64,000 bases of DNA from Acidilobaceae archaeon (GCA_038824665.1 JAWBBK010000005.1:32001-96000), one strand, 5' to 3'; positions 8,968 through 18,894 are shown, counted from the first letter of the stretch. Numbers and translations: made by a program. Notes: generated by a model not told the origin, from the letters alone.

Positions 8968-9432
8968 TTAACTTAGATTGAGATGAGACCCTAGGTCTAA
9001 TAATACCTCATACGACCGCTTTGGATCCTTCAAAGTCTCAAGAGATACAGAAAGAGAGGGAGGCTGAAAACACAGAGAGTGTTTGCTCGTTTTGGGTGGC
9101 ATAAGACATCCCTCTAGTCCCGCCCTTCTCACATCGTTTTTAGTTACAGCTACCCCTTCTCTCCAAGAGGAGATCTTCACGCAATCGCTATCGTAATCTA
9201 CGAGAAGCGCTGGCACTAAAGAACAACCCAAAAGTCTTAGAGCCTCTACTCTATGATGTCCATCAAGAACAATTAAGGTCTTAACGTCAATCAACACCGT
9301 TGAGCGGATTTCTCCTGAACTCTTTAAGAGCGAGACTAATTCCAACACTTTTTCTCGTTCTGTTTCTTCATGTGGTCTGAGCAACTCTATGGGAACTAGA
9401 ACAACCCTCCAAGCCTTCAGCTCAGAACTCAA
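8968..9432 (-). CDS. Stand-alone ParB/Sulfiredoxin-like domain protein
   Basis: LRPHEE and IVLDGHHRVEAL motifs. Confidence 0.85.
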   Translation of the reverse strand: MSSELKAWRVVLVPIELLRPHEETEREKVLELVSLLKSSGEIRSTVLIDVKTLIVLDGHHRVEALRLLGCSLVPALLVDYDSDCVKISSWREGVAVTKNDVRRAGLEGCLMPPKTSKHSLCFQPPSLSVSLETLKDPKRSYEVLLDLGSHLNLS

Positions 9433-9479
9433 GTCTTGATCACCGATAAGCGGCTTTGTAAGTCCTTGTTTTAAAGACC

Positions 9480-10530
9480 TTATCTGCTCTCAGCGCCTAT
9501 TTTAGACATCTCGGCTAAGTACTTCGTTTTGAGTTGTACGAACTCTCTTACGGAGTTCACATCTATCACTATCTCAGCTATATCCAATAGGTAGCTCGTT
9601 ATCCTATGCAGGTCTAGCAACACAGAGTGTTTATCGGTGTTGCTCTCTTCAATCAAGTACTTTTCGAGTTTTTTCTTTATGTTTTCGCTAAGCGAAGCTA
9701 CAGACTTCGCTTGTCTAACGTCTAGCTTGAGAAGAGCGTTAAGCATATCTCTCTCAGCTCTTGCTGTATCCTCCATGAGGAGTAGAGCGTCGTTAGCTAG
9801 CTTTTCACCATGTGAATAAAGTTTGACTAAAGCGCAAGAGGCAGAGCAGATGTGATCTGAGATCCTTTCAAGAGTCTTGACTGCATGATAGAAGTGAAGA
9901 ACTTCTGCATATGACTTCAAGCCAGCTTCAGCTAAAGAAGCTTCGCCTGAAAGCGTTTTAGATAGAATCTTCGCTACCATAAAGTAGATCTTGTCTACTA
10001 CGCTGTCTCTTTTGTAGATCTCTTTCAGCTTCTCTACGTTTTCTTTCTTAGCGTTCTCTACAAGGTCTTCTGTCATCTCCAATATGTTTTTTACCATCAA
10101 CGTCATCAAACGACTTAGCTGATCAGGTCTCGAACTCGAAGCTATAGAAAATACAATCATGCTTGGCTTTTCTGCAACAACCATAAGGTCTGCAAGCCTT
10201 TCTTTACATTCTTCGATTAGCCTTTTAGGAAGCTCTAGCTCAGACTCTCCGTAAAAAACTACGATCGAATCGTAGCCAGCTCTGTAAGCTGAAACCACTT
10301 CTCTTATGATCTCGTCTAGGTTTAGACCTCTGGCGTCAACTACTTTCACCATCCCTCTCGTCTCTTCTGCTGATCTCTCAGCCGATACGAGAAGACTGCC
10401 GTCAGGCATCTCCTCTAGATATACATGAGACCCTCTAGAGAGCCCAACTCTCTTAACCCAGCTTTTAGGCAGAGAAACTATGAATGTAGACTTGCCGACT
10501 ACTTGTACTTTTCTTTTAACCGCTCTGAAC
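9480..10530 (-). CDS. AbrB-PhoU phosphate uptake regulator; start codon unresolved
   Basis: Frame extends above 10409 to KRKVQVVGKSTFIVSLPKSW (AbrB-like) plus PhoU LERISDH; no ATG/GTG/TTG before the in-frame upstream TAG. Confidence 0.8.
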
Positions 10531-10594
10531 TTGAGCCACCTCTAACCTATAGTTGAGTTCAACCCTAAAACCGTAGAGCAAAGACTTCGTTACG

Positions 10595-10876
10595 TTAGCG
10601 CAGTATGCGGAAATCTTTGAACTCTCCTGACGGTTCTGAGAACTTTACGTTAAGCTCTTCAACTTTTGCAAGCGGAGGTCCTCTAAGACACCAACACACG
10701 AGCTTTTCAACTCGTTCTCTTTCGCCTTCTACTACAGCCTCGACAGTAACGCCGTCTGGCAGATTTCTAACCCATCCTTTGAGGTCTAAGCTGTTCGCAA
10801 GTTCTTTCATATGAGCTCTGAAGTAGACTCCTTGAACAAGTCCTCTAACTATAATATGAGCTCTAACGGCTGTCAA
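10595..10876 (-). CDS. acyP: Acylphosphatase
   Basis: GLVQGVYFR, GWVRNLPDG, GPPLAKV. Confidence 0.95.
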   Translation of the reverse strand: MTAVRAHIIVRGLVQGVYFRAHMKELANSLDLKGWVRNLPDGVTVEAVVEGERERVEKLVCWCLRGPPLAKVEELNVKFSEPSGEFKDFRILR

Positions 10877-11017
10877 GAGGAATCGCCTCTTAGGACTTTA
10901 AGTCGAAAGCTTAAAAGAGACGTCTAGTTGACTACTCGACTTTCATAATGAGACCTTTAAGAGACATAATGTATTTTTAAACTTAGGAATTGAAACACGT
11001 TTATCTAGGCGATAGTA

Positions 11018-11752
11018 GTGTATAACTGCTCTAAAGAGGTCGTAGTTGTAGAGAACTTAACCAAACGATTTGGAGAAGTAGTAGCTGTAGCTGGCATCTC
11101 TTTCAAAGTCTATAGCGGAGAGATCTTTTGTATAGTCGGTCCTAACGGATCTGGAAAGACCACAACTCTTAGAACGATAGTAGGGCTTCTCAAACCTGAA
11201 GGAGGTTTTGTAAAAGTTCTTGGACACGACAGCTCTAACCTAAGCCTCGAGGTGAAAAGAAAAATAGCGTACGTGCCTGAAGACGCTGGCGTTCCTAAGG
11301 GGTTAACGGGAGTTGAGTATCTAGAGTTCGTCGCAGAGATCTACGGAGCTGGAGAAGAAGCAGTTAAGAAAGGCATACAGCTCTCTGGGCTAGGTGAAGC
11401 TATTTGGAAAAGAGTAGAAGAGTACAGCAAAGGAATGAAGAGAAGGCTCTTGATCGCTAGCGCGCTTGCTGTCGAGCCCGAACTCTTAGTTCTCGATGAA
11501 CCTACTGCAGGACTTGACGTATCTTACTCTATAGCCATAAGGGATGCTATAGTCTCTTATGTAAAGTCTAAAGGTGCTGCCGCTATAATTTCAAGTCACA
11601 ACATGCTAGAAGTCGAACATCTCTGCGATAGAGTTGTTTTGCTTAACCGTGGAGCTATAGTTGAAGAAGGTTCTCCAAAAGACATCATAGCGAGACACAG
11701 AGCTAGAAACCTTGAAGAAGTCTTCGTGAAAGTTATAGGTGAGAGAGCTTGA
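11018..11752 (+). CDS. ABC exporter ATP-binding protein (NatA-like)
   Basis: GPNGSGKTT, YSKGM, LDEPT. Confidence 0.93.
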   Translation: MYNCSKEVVVVENLTKRFGEVVAVAGISFKVYSGEIFCIVGPNGSGKTTTLRTIVGLLKPEGGFVKVLGHDSSNLSLEVKRKIAYVPEDAGVPKGLTGVEYLEFVAEIYGAGEEAVKKGIQLSGLGEAIWKRVEEYSKGMKRRLLIASALAVEPELLVLDEPTAGLDVSYSIAIRDAIVSYVKSKGAAAIISSHNMLEVEHLCDRVVLLNRGAIVEEGSPKDIIARHRARNLEEVFVKVIGERA

Positions 11753-13038
11753 GTTCTCTAAGAGCTGTATTCGTCAAAGAAGTCAAAAGCCTGCTGAGAG
11801 ATCGCTACGTATTGTTCAGCGTGATCTTAGCTCCTTTCTTAGCGCTTATGGTCATAGGCCTCATAGCCATCTTAGCTTTTCAAGGAATGGCTCAACAAAT
11901 AGAGGAGCTAGAGAGCAGAGGACTACCTAAAGATACCTTTGTTTGTCTAGAAGACCAACACGACGAGCTGGCTTTAAAGCTAGTCTATTTCTTAAACGCT
12001 GAGGTTGTTGATTGCGACACAGCTAATTACAGAGCTCTGATAATCGTTCACAAAGGCTTTGGTGAAGCTCTTCGATCTGGAGCTCCAGGCTTAGCGACTA
12101 TAAGGATAGCTGTAGACAATCCTCTCAGCATAGTCTCGATGACACTAATGAGTAGAGTAGACCAAGAGGTCAAATTAGCTACTACAAAACTTATTTCAGA
12201 CCTCTACGGCATTAACGCAACGTTTTTGAAGAGTCCTGTTATAACCGTCTTAGAAATGCGGCTTCACGATAAGACGCTCGTAGAGAGCTCTCAGCTAGCT
12301 TTATCGTACATCTATCTTGGAGCGCTCATAGCAGTTCTAGCTCTCGCTACGACATCAATACAAGTAGGAGCTCTAGGCGTAGGCATAGAGAGAGAAGCTA
12401 AAACAATAGAAAGCCTGTTAGTAATGCCTTTACCTCTTTGGAAAGTCGTAGTAGGCAAGACTGGAGGAGCCGCTATCGTTAGCGTTCTTTCGCTAATAAG
12501 CCTTATATGCGGTCTCTTCGTATACCTTTACGGCGTGTCTCGAGCCTTTCCTGCTGTGCTCGCTGGTGAGACCGTTAGCATAAACGAACTGATCTCTACA
12601 AGCTTAGAACAACTAGGAGTAGGCGCTGTCAATCTAGCTTTAGCTCTAGCGTCTTTAGCTTTGATAGTAGTTCTGAGTTCTCTCATAGGAGTAGTGTTAG
12701 GAGCGTTCTTCGCTGGCGACGTTAGAGGAGCTCTGACCACAGGATCTTATGCAGGAATAGCTATGGTTGCTCCTCTTTTCCCAATAGTTTTAGGCTATGA
12801 ACCTCAACCTTTAACTGAAGCGTTATTCGCTCTGTCTCCTGTCTATCTTCCTGCTCGAGCTATGATTTTGTTCCTCAGCGGGTCTTTGTTTGAAGCTCTT
12901 CCTTATATGCTCTTCAGCTTTGCCCATATACCTATAGCTATAGCTTTAGTTTCTTTCGCTTTCAGACCTGCTGTAATAGTGAGCGGAGTTAAAGGACTCA
13001 TATCTGAACTCAGGATTTACAAAAAGATGAAAAAGTAA
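11749..13038 (+). CDS. ABC-2 type permease (NatB-like)
   Basis: KEVKSLLRD, ERE.KTIESLL, multiple TM segments; overlaps the ATPase stop. Confidence 0.88.
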   Translation: MSSLRAVFVKEVKSLLRDRYVLFSVILAPFLALMVIGLIAILAFQGMAQQIEELESRGLPKDTFVCLEDQHDELALKLVYFLNAEVVDCDTANYRALIIVHKGFGEALRSGAPGLATIRIAVDNPLSIVSMTLMSRVDQEVKLATTKLISDLYGINATFLKSPVITVLEMRLHDKTLVESSQLALSYIYLGALIAVLALATTSIQVGALGVGIEREAKTIESLLVMPLPLWKVVVGKTGGAAIVSVLSLISLICGLFVYLYGVSRAFPAVLAGETVSINELISTSLEQLGVGAVNLALALASLALIVVLSSLIGVVLGAFFAGDVRGALTTGSYAGIAMVAPLFPIVLGYEPQPLTEALFALSPVYLPARAMILFLSGSLFEALPYMLFSFAHIPIAIALVSFAFRPAVIVSGVKGLISELRIYKKMKK

Positions 13039-13055
13039 AGAGGTTCAAAAAAGAC

Positions 13056-13343
13056 TTAATCGGTCTTTCTTCTTTTAACCGCTCTATCGAATATTATCCA
13101 GTTTCTATACCATTCTTCATTTTCTTTTCTTAAGAGGTCTAAGATCATTCTAGCGAGCTCTTTCGCCTCTACAGTGTTGACTCCTGATTCGAGTATTCTA
13201 GCCTCTACGATCTTAGCTATCTTTCTAGCCACATCAGGTGGAGCTCCAGCCTTAATACAACTAACTACGATCTTCTCAGGAATGAACTCTTCTTGTCTTC
13301 CATCTCGTTTGAGAACGGTGATCTTGGTCACGTTCTCAACCAC
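13056..13343 (-). CDS. Stand-alone ATP-cone domain protein
   Basis: VLKRDGRQEEFIPEKI motif. Confidence 0.9.
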   Translation of the reverse strand: MVENVTKITVLKRDGRQEEFIPEKIVVSCIKAGAPPDVARKIAKIVEARILESGVNTVEAKELARMILDLLRKENEEWYRNWIIFDRAVKRRKTD

Positions 13344-13408
13344 TTAGATCTCGTTGCTTCTAGAGCTTAATAGCTTCTTCTAAATATGAATCAAGACTAG
13401 GGGCTTCT

Positions 13409-14185
13409 GTGGGCTGTTTCGGTTTAGCCACAGCGTCTAGCAGAGGAGTTGGAAGAGCTCTAGCTGAAGCTCAAGCCTCTTTGTCATGTTCTCTCGTGAT
13501 ATCCTCAAGAGATCTAGAAGAACTCCAAAAGACTGCAGAAGAGATCTCGAAAACCTACGGAGTTGAGGTCTTTCCAATAAGATGTGATTTAAGAAACAAA
13601 AAAGACGTAGATGAGCTGATGAGAAAAGCCTTAAAGCTTTTCGGAAGACTCGATTACGTAACGTTAAGCTATGGCAATCCTTCTCGAGAACCTCTTTATT
13701 TACATCAAGCTGAATGGGAGGACTGGATTGAAGCTTCTAATCTCTACTTAGCGAGCACTGCTTTCATAATTAGAAGGCTTGTAGAGTTCAACCCTTCTAA
13801 AGCTTTAGTTCTAGCTGTAACCAGCTTTAGCGTAGCTGAGCCTATGAGTCCTCTCATAGTATCGGATACTGTAAGAGCTGGACTTTCGAGACTCTTAAAA
13901 ATAGCGGCTAGAAGCTATCCAGACAAGCTGAGAACGGTGTTGTTAGTCTTAGGTAGTTTCGACACTCCTGGAGCTAGAAGAACTATTGAGGAGATCGCTC
14001 GTATAAAAGGAGAAGACCCGCTAGAGCTTTGGAGAAGAGAAGTAGAGCTGAGAAGCCCTTTGAGAAGAGCTGGCACGCTTGACGAACTTAGAGATTTCGT
14101 CAGCAAGCTTCTTACATCACCAGAATACTTAACGGGATCTATCGTTTTGTTTGATGGAGCTTCTTCTAGAACGGTCTGGCCTTAG
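13409..14185 (+). CDS. SDR family oxidoreductase (atypical)
   Basis: TASSRGVG, PLRRAG, YLTGSIVLFDG. Confidence 0.85.
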   Translation: MGCFGLATASSRGVGRALAEAQASLSCSLVISSRDLEELQKTAEEISKTYGVEVFPIRCDLRNKKDVDELMRKALKLFGRLDYVTLSYGNPSREPLYLHQAEWEDWIEASNLYLASTAFIIRRLVEFNPSKALVLAVTSFSVAEPMSPLIVSDTVRAGLSRLLKIAARSYPDKLRTVLLVLGSFDTPGARRTIEEIARIKGEDPLELWRREVELRSPLRRAGTLDELRDFVSKLLTSPEYLTGSIVLFDGASSRTVWP

Positions 14186-14205
14186 AGAAGCCTTCTGTCT
14201 TCGTT

Positions 14206-14227
14206 TATATATGCTTAAGCATATATA
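14206..14227. promoter_or_regulatory. 22-bp perfect palindrome TATATATGCTTAAGCATATATA over the alba promoter region
   Basis: Perfect inverted symmetry about 14216/14217; about 30 nt upstream of the alba ORF. Confidence 0.5.
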
Positions 14228-14256
14228 TGCTCTACGCTTTGCTGTTATCGTTTTAG

Positions 14257-14574
14257 GTGTTCAAAATGGTCTCGCCGCATCCAATAAACGCTGTGATGGT
14301 AGGAAGCAAGCCTACATCTAACTACGTGATAGCTGCTGTGAGAATGCTCAGTCAAGAAGGCTTTAACGAAGTAGTAGTGAAAGCTCGTGGAAGCAATATA
14401 GCCAAAGCTGTAGAAGTCGTTGTTAGAGTACAGAGAGTTCTTCCCTCTATCAGCATAAAGCACATAAACATCTTCAGCGAATACCATAAAGACAGTAGCG
14501 GTAGGACTAGAAGATTTTCAGCTATAGAAATAGTCATAGCTAGAGAAGCGATACAGAAGTCAGAGCGCTCCTAA
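14257..14574 (+). CDS. alba: Alba family DNA/RNA-binding protein
   Basis: VGSKPTSNYV, VVKARGSNIAKAVEV, SAIEIVI. Confidence 0.9.
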   Translation: MFKMVSPHPINAVMVGSKPTSNYVIAAVRMLSQEGFNEVVVKARGSNIAKAVEVVVRVQRVLPSISIKHINIFSEYHKDSSGRTRRFSAIEIVIAREAIQKSERS

Positions 14575-14603
14575 TGCTGGTCACAAAGCTCAAAAGACTT
14601 TTT

Positions 14604-14664
14604 ATAGCGAGTTCGTTGGGATTTGAGTTCAGGACTTCTACATTAGGGGGATTGAAGGTTCTAG
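14604..14664 (-). repeat. Decayed copy of the 3' half of tRNA-Arg(UCU), putative old att site
   Basis: Manual ungapped alignment to 17918-17964: 31/47 identical, 14 of 16 differences are transitions; GGGATTTGA retained. Confidence 0.65.
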
Positions 14665-15164
14665 CACGCTACACAAGCTGAAACGTCAACGTATAGCTAA
14701 AGGCGAACGAAGATATTCCTCTTTGAAGTCTGAAACGTCAACGCTAACTGACGAACACTAGGGCATAGAGCTTTAAGTCAGCTACTTAAAGTCGTTATAC
14801 ATATAGTGAAGCGCGACAATCCAGGCATATATGCCCGTAAAGTACGTTTTGAACAACGAAATACGTAAGATAATCTCTATGGTTAGAATCTATTCCATCA
14901 AGACGTGGAATAAGAAGAAAACTCTATGCAACATACTGAAAAGTGTTGTTAATGCTTAAGTTACCGAAGTCTTTTTGACTAAGTAAGCATTAAAGACTAC
15001 GTAATCTTTTTTGGCTGACTAAGACCTTCGTTCGTCTCATTAGAGTGGAGATACAGCTTTGACTTCCCATGTGTGATTTAATGTAGACGAATCCTTGGCA
15101 TTTGGCGAACTCGCATAGAAAATTTTTAAAGGTGCATGCTATAATAGAATATGGGATATTAGAT

Positions 15165-15326
15165 ATGGGATTAGATATGAAAAAGTGGGCATTAAATTGG
15201 CTAAGAGGATCTGTAAGAAGCTATTTAGATGGTGGAACGAGTAAGAAAATAGTACTGGGTAGAATGAGAAAATGTTATGAACATTATGGAGTGTCCCTTC
15301 ATGAGATAAGTACTAGTAGCTCATAA
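15165..15326 (+). pseudogene. Short hypothetical protein or gene remnant
   Basis: MGLDMKKWALNWLRGSVRSYLDGG... reads as protein-like but ends abruptly; within island. Confidence 0.3.
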
Positions 15327-15510
15327 CGTTACCTCTGCAATTAGTTGCGCTAATAAGAACTCAAAACCGAAGACTCAATGAGCAGTTGCATTAAGACGGA
15401 ACCTTCGAGGATTTAATAAGCTTATAGCGCTATACACGTTTTCATGTTTATATATATAGTTCTAACGACGTGCTAGTATAGGGGCTCTACTTTAACTAGG
15501 TGTTTAAAAA

Positions 15511-16437
15511 ATGATATTAGTCGTTAGAAACTAAGTGAAGTACTTAGATTCACGAAAAGTTCTTGATGACGTTTCGTGGATGATAGAGACACCTGGCGTA
15601 TACAGCTTGCTTGGTCCTAACGGAGCAGGTAAAACTACTCTACTCAGCATAGTAAGCGGAGTGATGAACTTCGATAAAGGAGAGGTACGCGTTAAAGGTT
15701 TACCGCCTAGCGACCCAATTGCACGAAGAGCGATTGGCTACTGTCCTCAAGAGTCTGGCTTAATAGATAATATATCGGGATACGATAACGCATTATTCTA
15801 TGGCAGACTATATGGCTTAACTACAAACGAGATCGTCAAAAAGACGAAGAACATAGCTGAATCGTTAGGTCTGAAAGACTCGGATCTGAAAATGAAAGTT
15901 GGAAAGTACAGTGGCGGCATGAAGAAAAAGCTAGCGCTAGCTGTTTCACTACTTCACGATCCTGAAGTACTTGTACTAGATGAGCCTACAGCAGGACTAG
16001 ACCCCGGTATTCGTCGAGACGTATGGGATTTAATACTCAAGCTTCGAGAAGAAGGTAAAACAATAGTTCTAGCTACTCACTACATGGACGAAGCGGACAG
16101 ACTATCAGACCGGGTTGCGATAATTGACCGCGGAAAGATACTTGTAGAAGGAAAGCCTGTAGAGCTTAAGGAAAAGTATGGACCTCCTTCCGTAGTAGAG
16201 CTAGTCTTTGAGAATGAAGCGTCTCCTGTAGTAACAGATATCATTGAGAAATACACCGCTAAACACTATATTGAAGGGAAAACAGCTAGATTGCATCTAG
16301 ATGAACCCGATAAGCATCTTCCAATGTTAATGGGAGAACTCTTCTCTAAAGGGTATTACATAGTAGAGTTTAGACTCGCTAAGCCCACTCTCGAAGACGT
16401 TTTCTTAAAGCTGACTGGTAGGAGGTTAAGAGAATGA
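15511..16437 (+). CDS. ABC exporter ATP-binding protein (DrrA-like); in-frame TAA at codon 8, restart possible at GTG 15535
   Basis: ATG ATA TTA GTC GTT AGA AAC TAA GTG AAG...; GPNGAGKTT, YSGGM, LDEPT, PTLEDVFL. Confidence 0.85.
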
Positions 16438-17741
16438 TGTGGATCAAGCAGATCTATGCGTTTATTGTACGCGACCTTAAAATCGTTATAGCCGATAAGG
16501 TAGCGTTGTTCTGGCTCTTGTTATGGCCTATACTTTTGATCATGTTATTAACGTATGTACTTGTACCTCCAGGAACTACATCGCCTATAAAGCTAGCTGT
16601 AGGAGTGGTAAACTACGATACTGAGATTGAAGGGCTATACCTTACAGGCGTACAGTTCGTAGAAATAATGTCGAACGTAAGTTATAGAGGAGAGCGAATT
16701 TTCGATGTGAAGAACTATAGCGATAAAGCTTCATTAATAAGTGATCTGAAGAAAGGCAAGTTAGACGTAGGAATAGTGATCCCTGCGAACTTCTCATCTA
16801 ATCTAACGTTCGGCACCGCTAGAATGGACGTATTTATTGGCGCTAGAGACCCCTACTCTGCGTCAATCAGCTACGGTGTAATTAACGGCTTTCTAAACGA
16901 GTTCTCGCGTAGAGTGGGCTTAATTAAAGCTAACGTTACGTTGCTCTATTTCGAGGAGTCATTGAAGTACATTAATCAAAGCCACGTTCTACCGGATACG
17001 ACTCTCTCAGAACTCGTAGAGACCGTTAAGACATATATTTACGGTATGGCGTTACCGCTAAACGTTACATACGAAGAGGTTAAACCTGAAGCTCTTGCTA
17101 CCAGAGCTAACATAATCGGCTGGTATACAATTGGAGCAATGGGCATGATGTTTCTTTACGCAGGCTTTTCGCGAGGAGCTACGATCGTTTACGAAGAGAA
17201 AGCTTACGGTACGCTTAGAAGAATACTAGCGTCACCTATAACGCCACGCGTGTTGGTCATAGCGCTAATTCTGTCAAACATGATCGTTTTGCTCTTATCG
17301 GCTCCACTGATTCTGCTAGCGGGAGTATACATTGCTGGCGCTAACATATCGTTTAATCCCGCTAACCCCGTCCACTGGCTCATACCTATACTTCTCATTA
17401 TAGCTGCTTTCATGAGCATAGGAACAGGTCTTATTCTCTCGCTATTTGTCAAAACGTTGAGAGGTGGAGCGAGTCTCGGCACTGGACTTGGACTAGTGTT
17501 GTCTTTCACTACAGGAATATGGTTTCCCAGAACGTGGTTACCTTCATGGTTGCAATTAATTGCTGACTACTTCCCATTCACGTGGGTTATTGACACCATT
17601 AGGAACATCGTGATATACGATGCCAGCCTCAACGACATATGGTTAGACCTCGTTAAGATATTGGTTGCGCTAATAATCGTTATCTCTGCAGATATAGTTG
17701 TTTATAAAGTAAAGATAAGAAACGTGATTACAAGTTATTGA
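16434..17741 (+). CDS. ABC-2 type permease
   Basis: Large extracellular loop, EEK.YGTLRRI, FP..WLP.W; overlaps the ATPase stop (ATGA). Confidence 0.88.
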   Translation: MMWIKQIYAFIVRDLKIVIADKVALFWLLLWPILLIMLLTYVLVPPGTTSPIKLAVGVVNYDTEIEGLYLTGVQFVEIMSNVSYRGERIFDVKNYSDKASLISDLKKGKLDVGIVIPANFSSNLTFGTARMDVFIGARDPYSASISYGVINGFLNEFSRRVGLIKANVTLLYFEESLKYINQSHVLPDTTLSELVETVKTYIYGMALPLNVTYEEVKPEALATRANIIGWYTIGAMGMMFLYAGFSRGATIVYEEKAYGTLRRILASPITPRVLVIALILSNMIVLLLSAPLILLAGVYIAGANISFNPANPVHWLIPILLIIAAFMSIGTGLILSLFVKTLRGGASLGTGLGLVLSFTTGIWFPRTWLPSWLQLIADYFPFTWVIDTIRNIVIYDASLNDIWLDLVKILVALIIVISADIVVYKVKIRNVITSY

Positions 17742-17921
17742 GAGTGATGAGGAAATCGTTTAACTCATCAGCGATCGCGTAAACGATAAGCTCACAGCTC
17801 GATATTGTATATAGGTCGTTTCGTTTTGGTTTTCCCGATTGTCTGAGGTGTTCTTACGGATTCCGAAAAACATACCTGAAAGCTTGTAAGAACATCATGT
17901 TTTCAAAAGATATCAAAATAG

Positions 17922-17997
17922 CGGGCCCGCCGGGATTTGAACCCGGGACCTCCGGCTTAGAAGGCCGGCGCTCTAGTCCTGGCTGAGCTACGGGCCC
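17922..17997 (-). tRNA. tRNA-Arg(UCU), no encoded CCA
   Basis: Reverse complement GGGCCCGTAGCTCAGCCAGGACTAGAGCGCCGGCCTTCTAAGCCGGAGGTCCCGGGTTCAAATCCCGGCGGGCCCG. Confidence 0.97.
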
Positions 17998-18061
17998 GAT
18001 AGCCTTATGTTGTGGAGGCTTAAAAAGCTAGGAGCGACAGCGGTTTAGAAAAGGTATAGCT

Positions 18062-18116
18062 CAGATGAGGATAGCTCGATTAACTGAGATGTGATGATGG
18101 TTTCTGGTGCCGACTG
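18062..18116 (+). ncRNA. Probable C/D box sRNA, targets unidentified
   Basis: CAG-ATGAGGA(C)-12nt-CTGA(D')-GAT-GTGATGA(C')-12nt-CCGA(D)-CTG with terminal CAG/CTG stem. Confidence 0.7.
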
Positions 18117-18138
18117 CTTCGAATTCTTAAAGAGATCT

Positions 18139-18894
18139 TCAGATAGGAGGAGAGAGATAGCTTGTCTTGTCTAAAAGACCTGCCTCCTTGAAAGCTTTAG
18201 CTCTGTTTCTACAACTCTCGCACTCTCCACAATGAGCTTCAAGGCTTCTGTAGCAACTCCAGGTCTCGTAGACCAGGTCTCCTATTAGTTTGTGACATAA
18301 TTTCAAGAGCTCTGACTTTCTCAGCTCTTCTCTGCTCGGACTCCAGACCTCTAAACCTCTCTCTCTTCTGAAATGACATAGTCTGAACGCGAGCTCAAGA
18401 GACTCGATACACTCAGGACTACAGTCAGGATACTTGGGCTCCCAAGTGTCCTCTTTCGGCTCGATATCGTTATACTGTCCTCCAAACACTACGTAGACCT
18501 TTTCAGATTTCTTTATAGATAGCGCATATGCTGAAGCTACAGCTAACATAACGACGTTTCTAAGAGGAACCACTACGGAGACCTCGTACTCTTCTTTTAC
18601 GCGGACCTCGTCATCAGTTAATTGAAAGCCTTTCCAGAGCTCTCTCAAAAGCTTCATATCGATAACTTTATGTTCTACGATCTCTCCCCATCCTTTCTTT
18701 ATCGCTACTTCTTTAAGCTTAGAGACAAGACCTTTAGCGATATCTATTTCCTTGAATCCCTTTTGTCCATAATTGAAAGTGATAACGTGAGCGTTACATC
18801 CTCTGCTAAGCCACAAAGCTAAGTAACATAAACTATCGGGACCGCCGCTTACAATAGCTACGACCTCACAGTCTTTTACTATCTGGGGCTTCAA
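18139..18894 (-). CDS. queC: 7-cyano-7-deazaguanine synthase
   Basis: SGGPDS, FNYGQ, VPLRN, YPDC, TWSCY...HCGECESC. Confidence 0.95.
   Translation of the reverse strand: MKPQIVKDCEVVAIVSGGPDSLCYLALWLSRGCNAHVITFNYGQKGFKEIDIAKGLVSKLKEVAIKKGWGEIVEHKVIDMKLLRELWKGFQLTDDEVRVKEEYEVSVVVPLRNVVMLAVASAYALSIKKSEKVYVVFGGQYNDIEPKEDTWEPKYPDCSPECIESLELAFRLCHFRRERGLEVWSPSREELRKSELLKLCHKLIGDLVYETWSCYRSLEAHCGECESCRNRAKAFKEAGLLDKTSYLSPPI

Larger units (their letters stand above)
14665..17917. mobile_element. Remnant integrated island between tRNA-Arg and its decayed copy
   Basis: Flanking direct repeat, AT-richer low-coding DNA, gene fragments, ABC exporter cargo; no integrase seen. Confidence 0.5.

Noticed and set aside
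14678-14743. Mini-CRISPR interpretation of the 14-bp repeat pair
   Set aside because: Only two short copies; no cas genes or leader.
17745-17770. TGATGA motif after the ABC permease as a C box
   Set aside because: Forms a simple TGATGAG/CTCATCA hairpin with no properly spaced D boxes.
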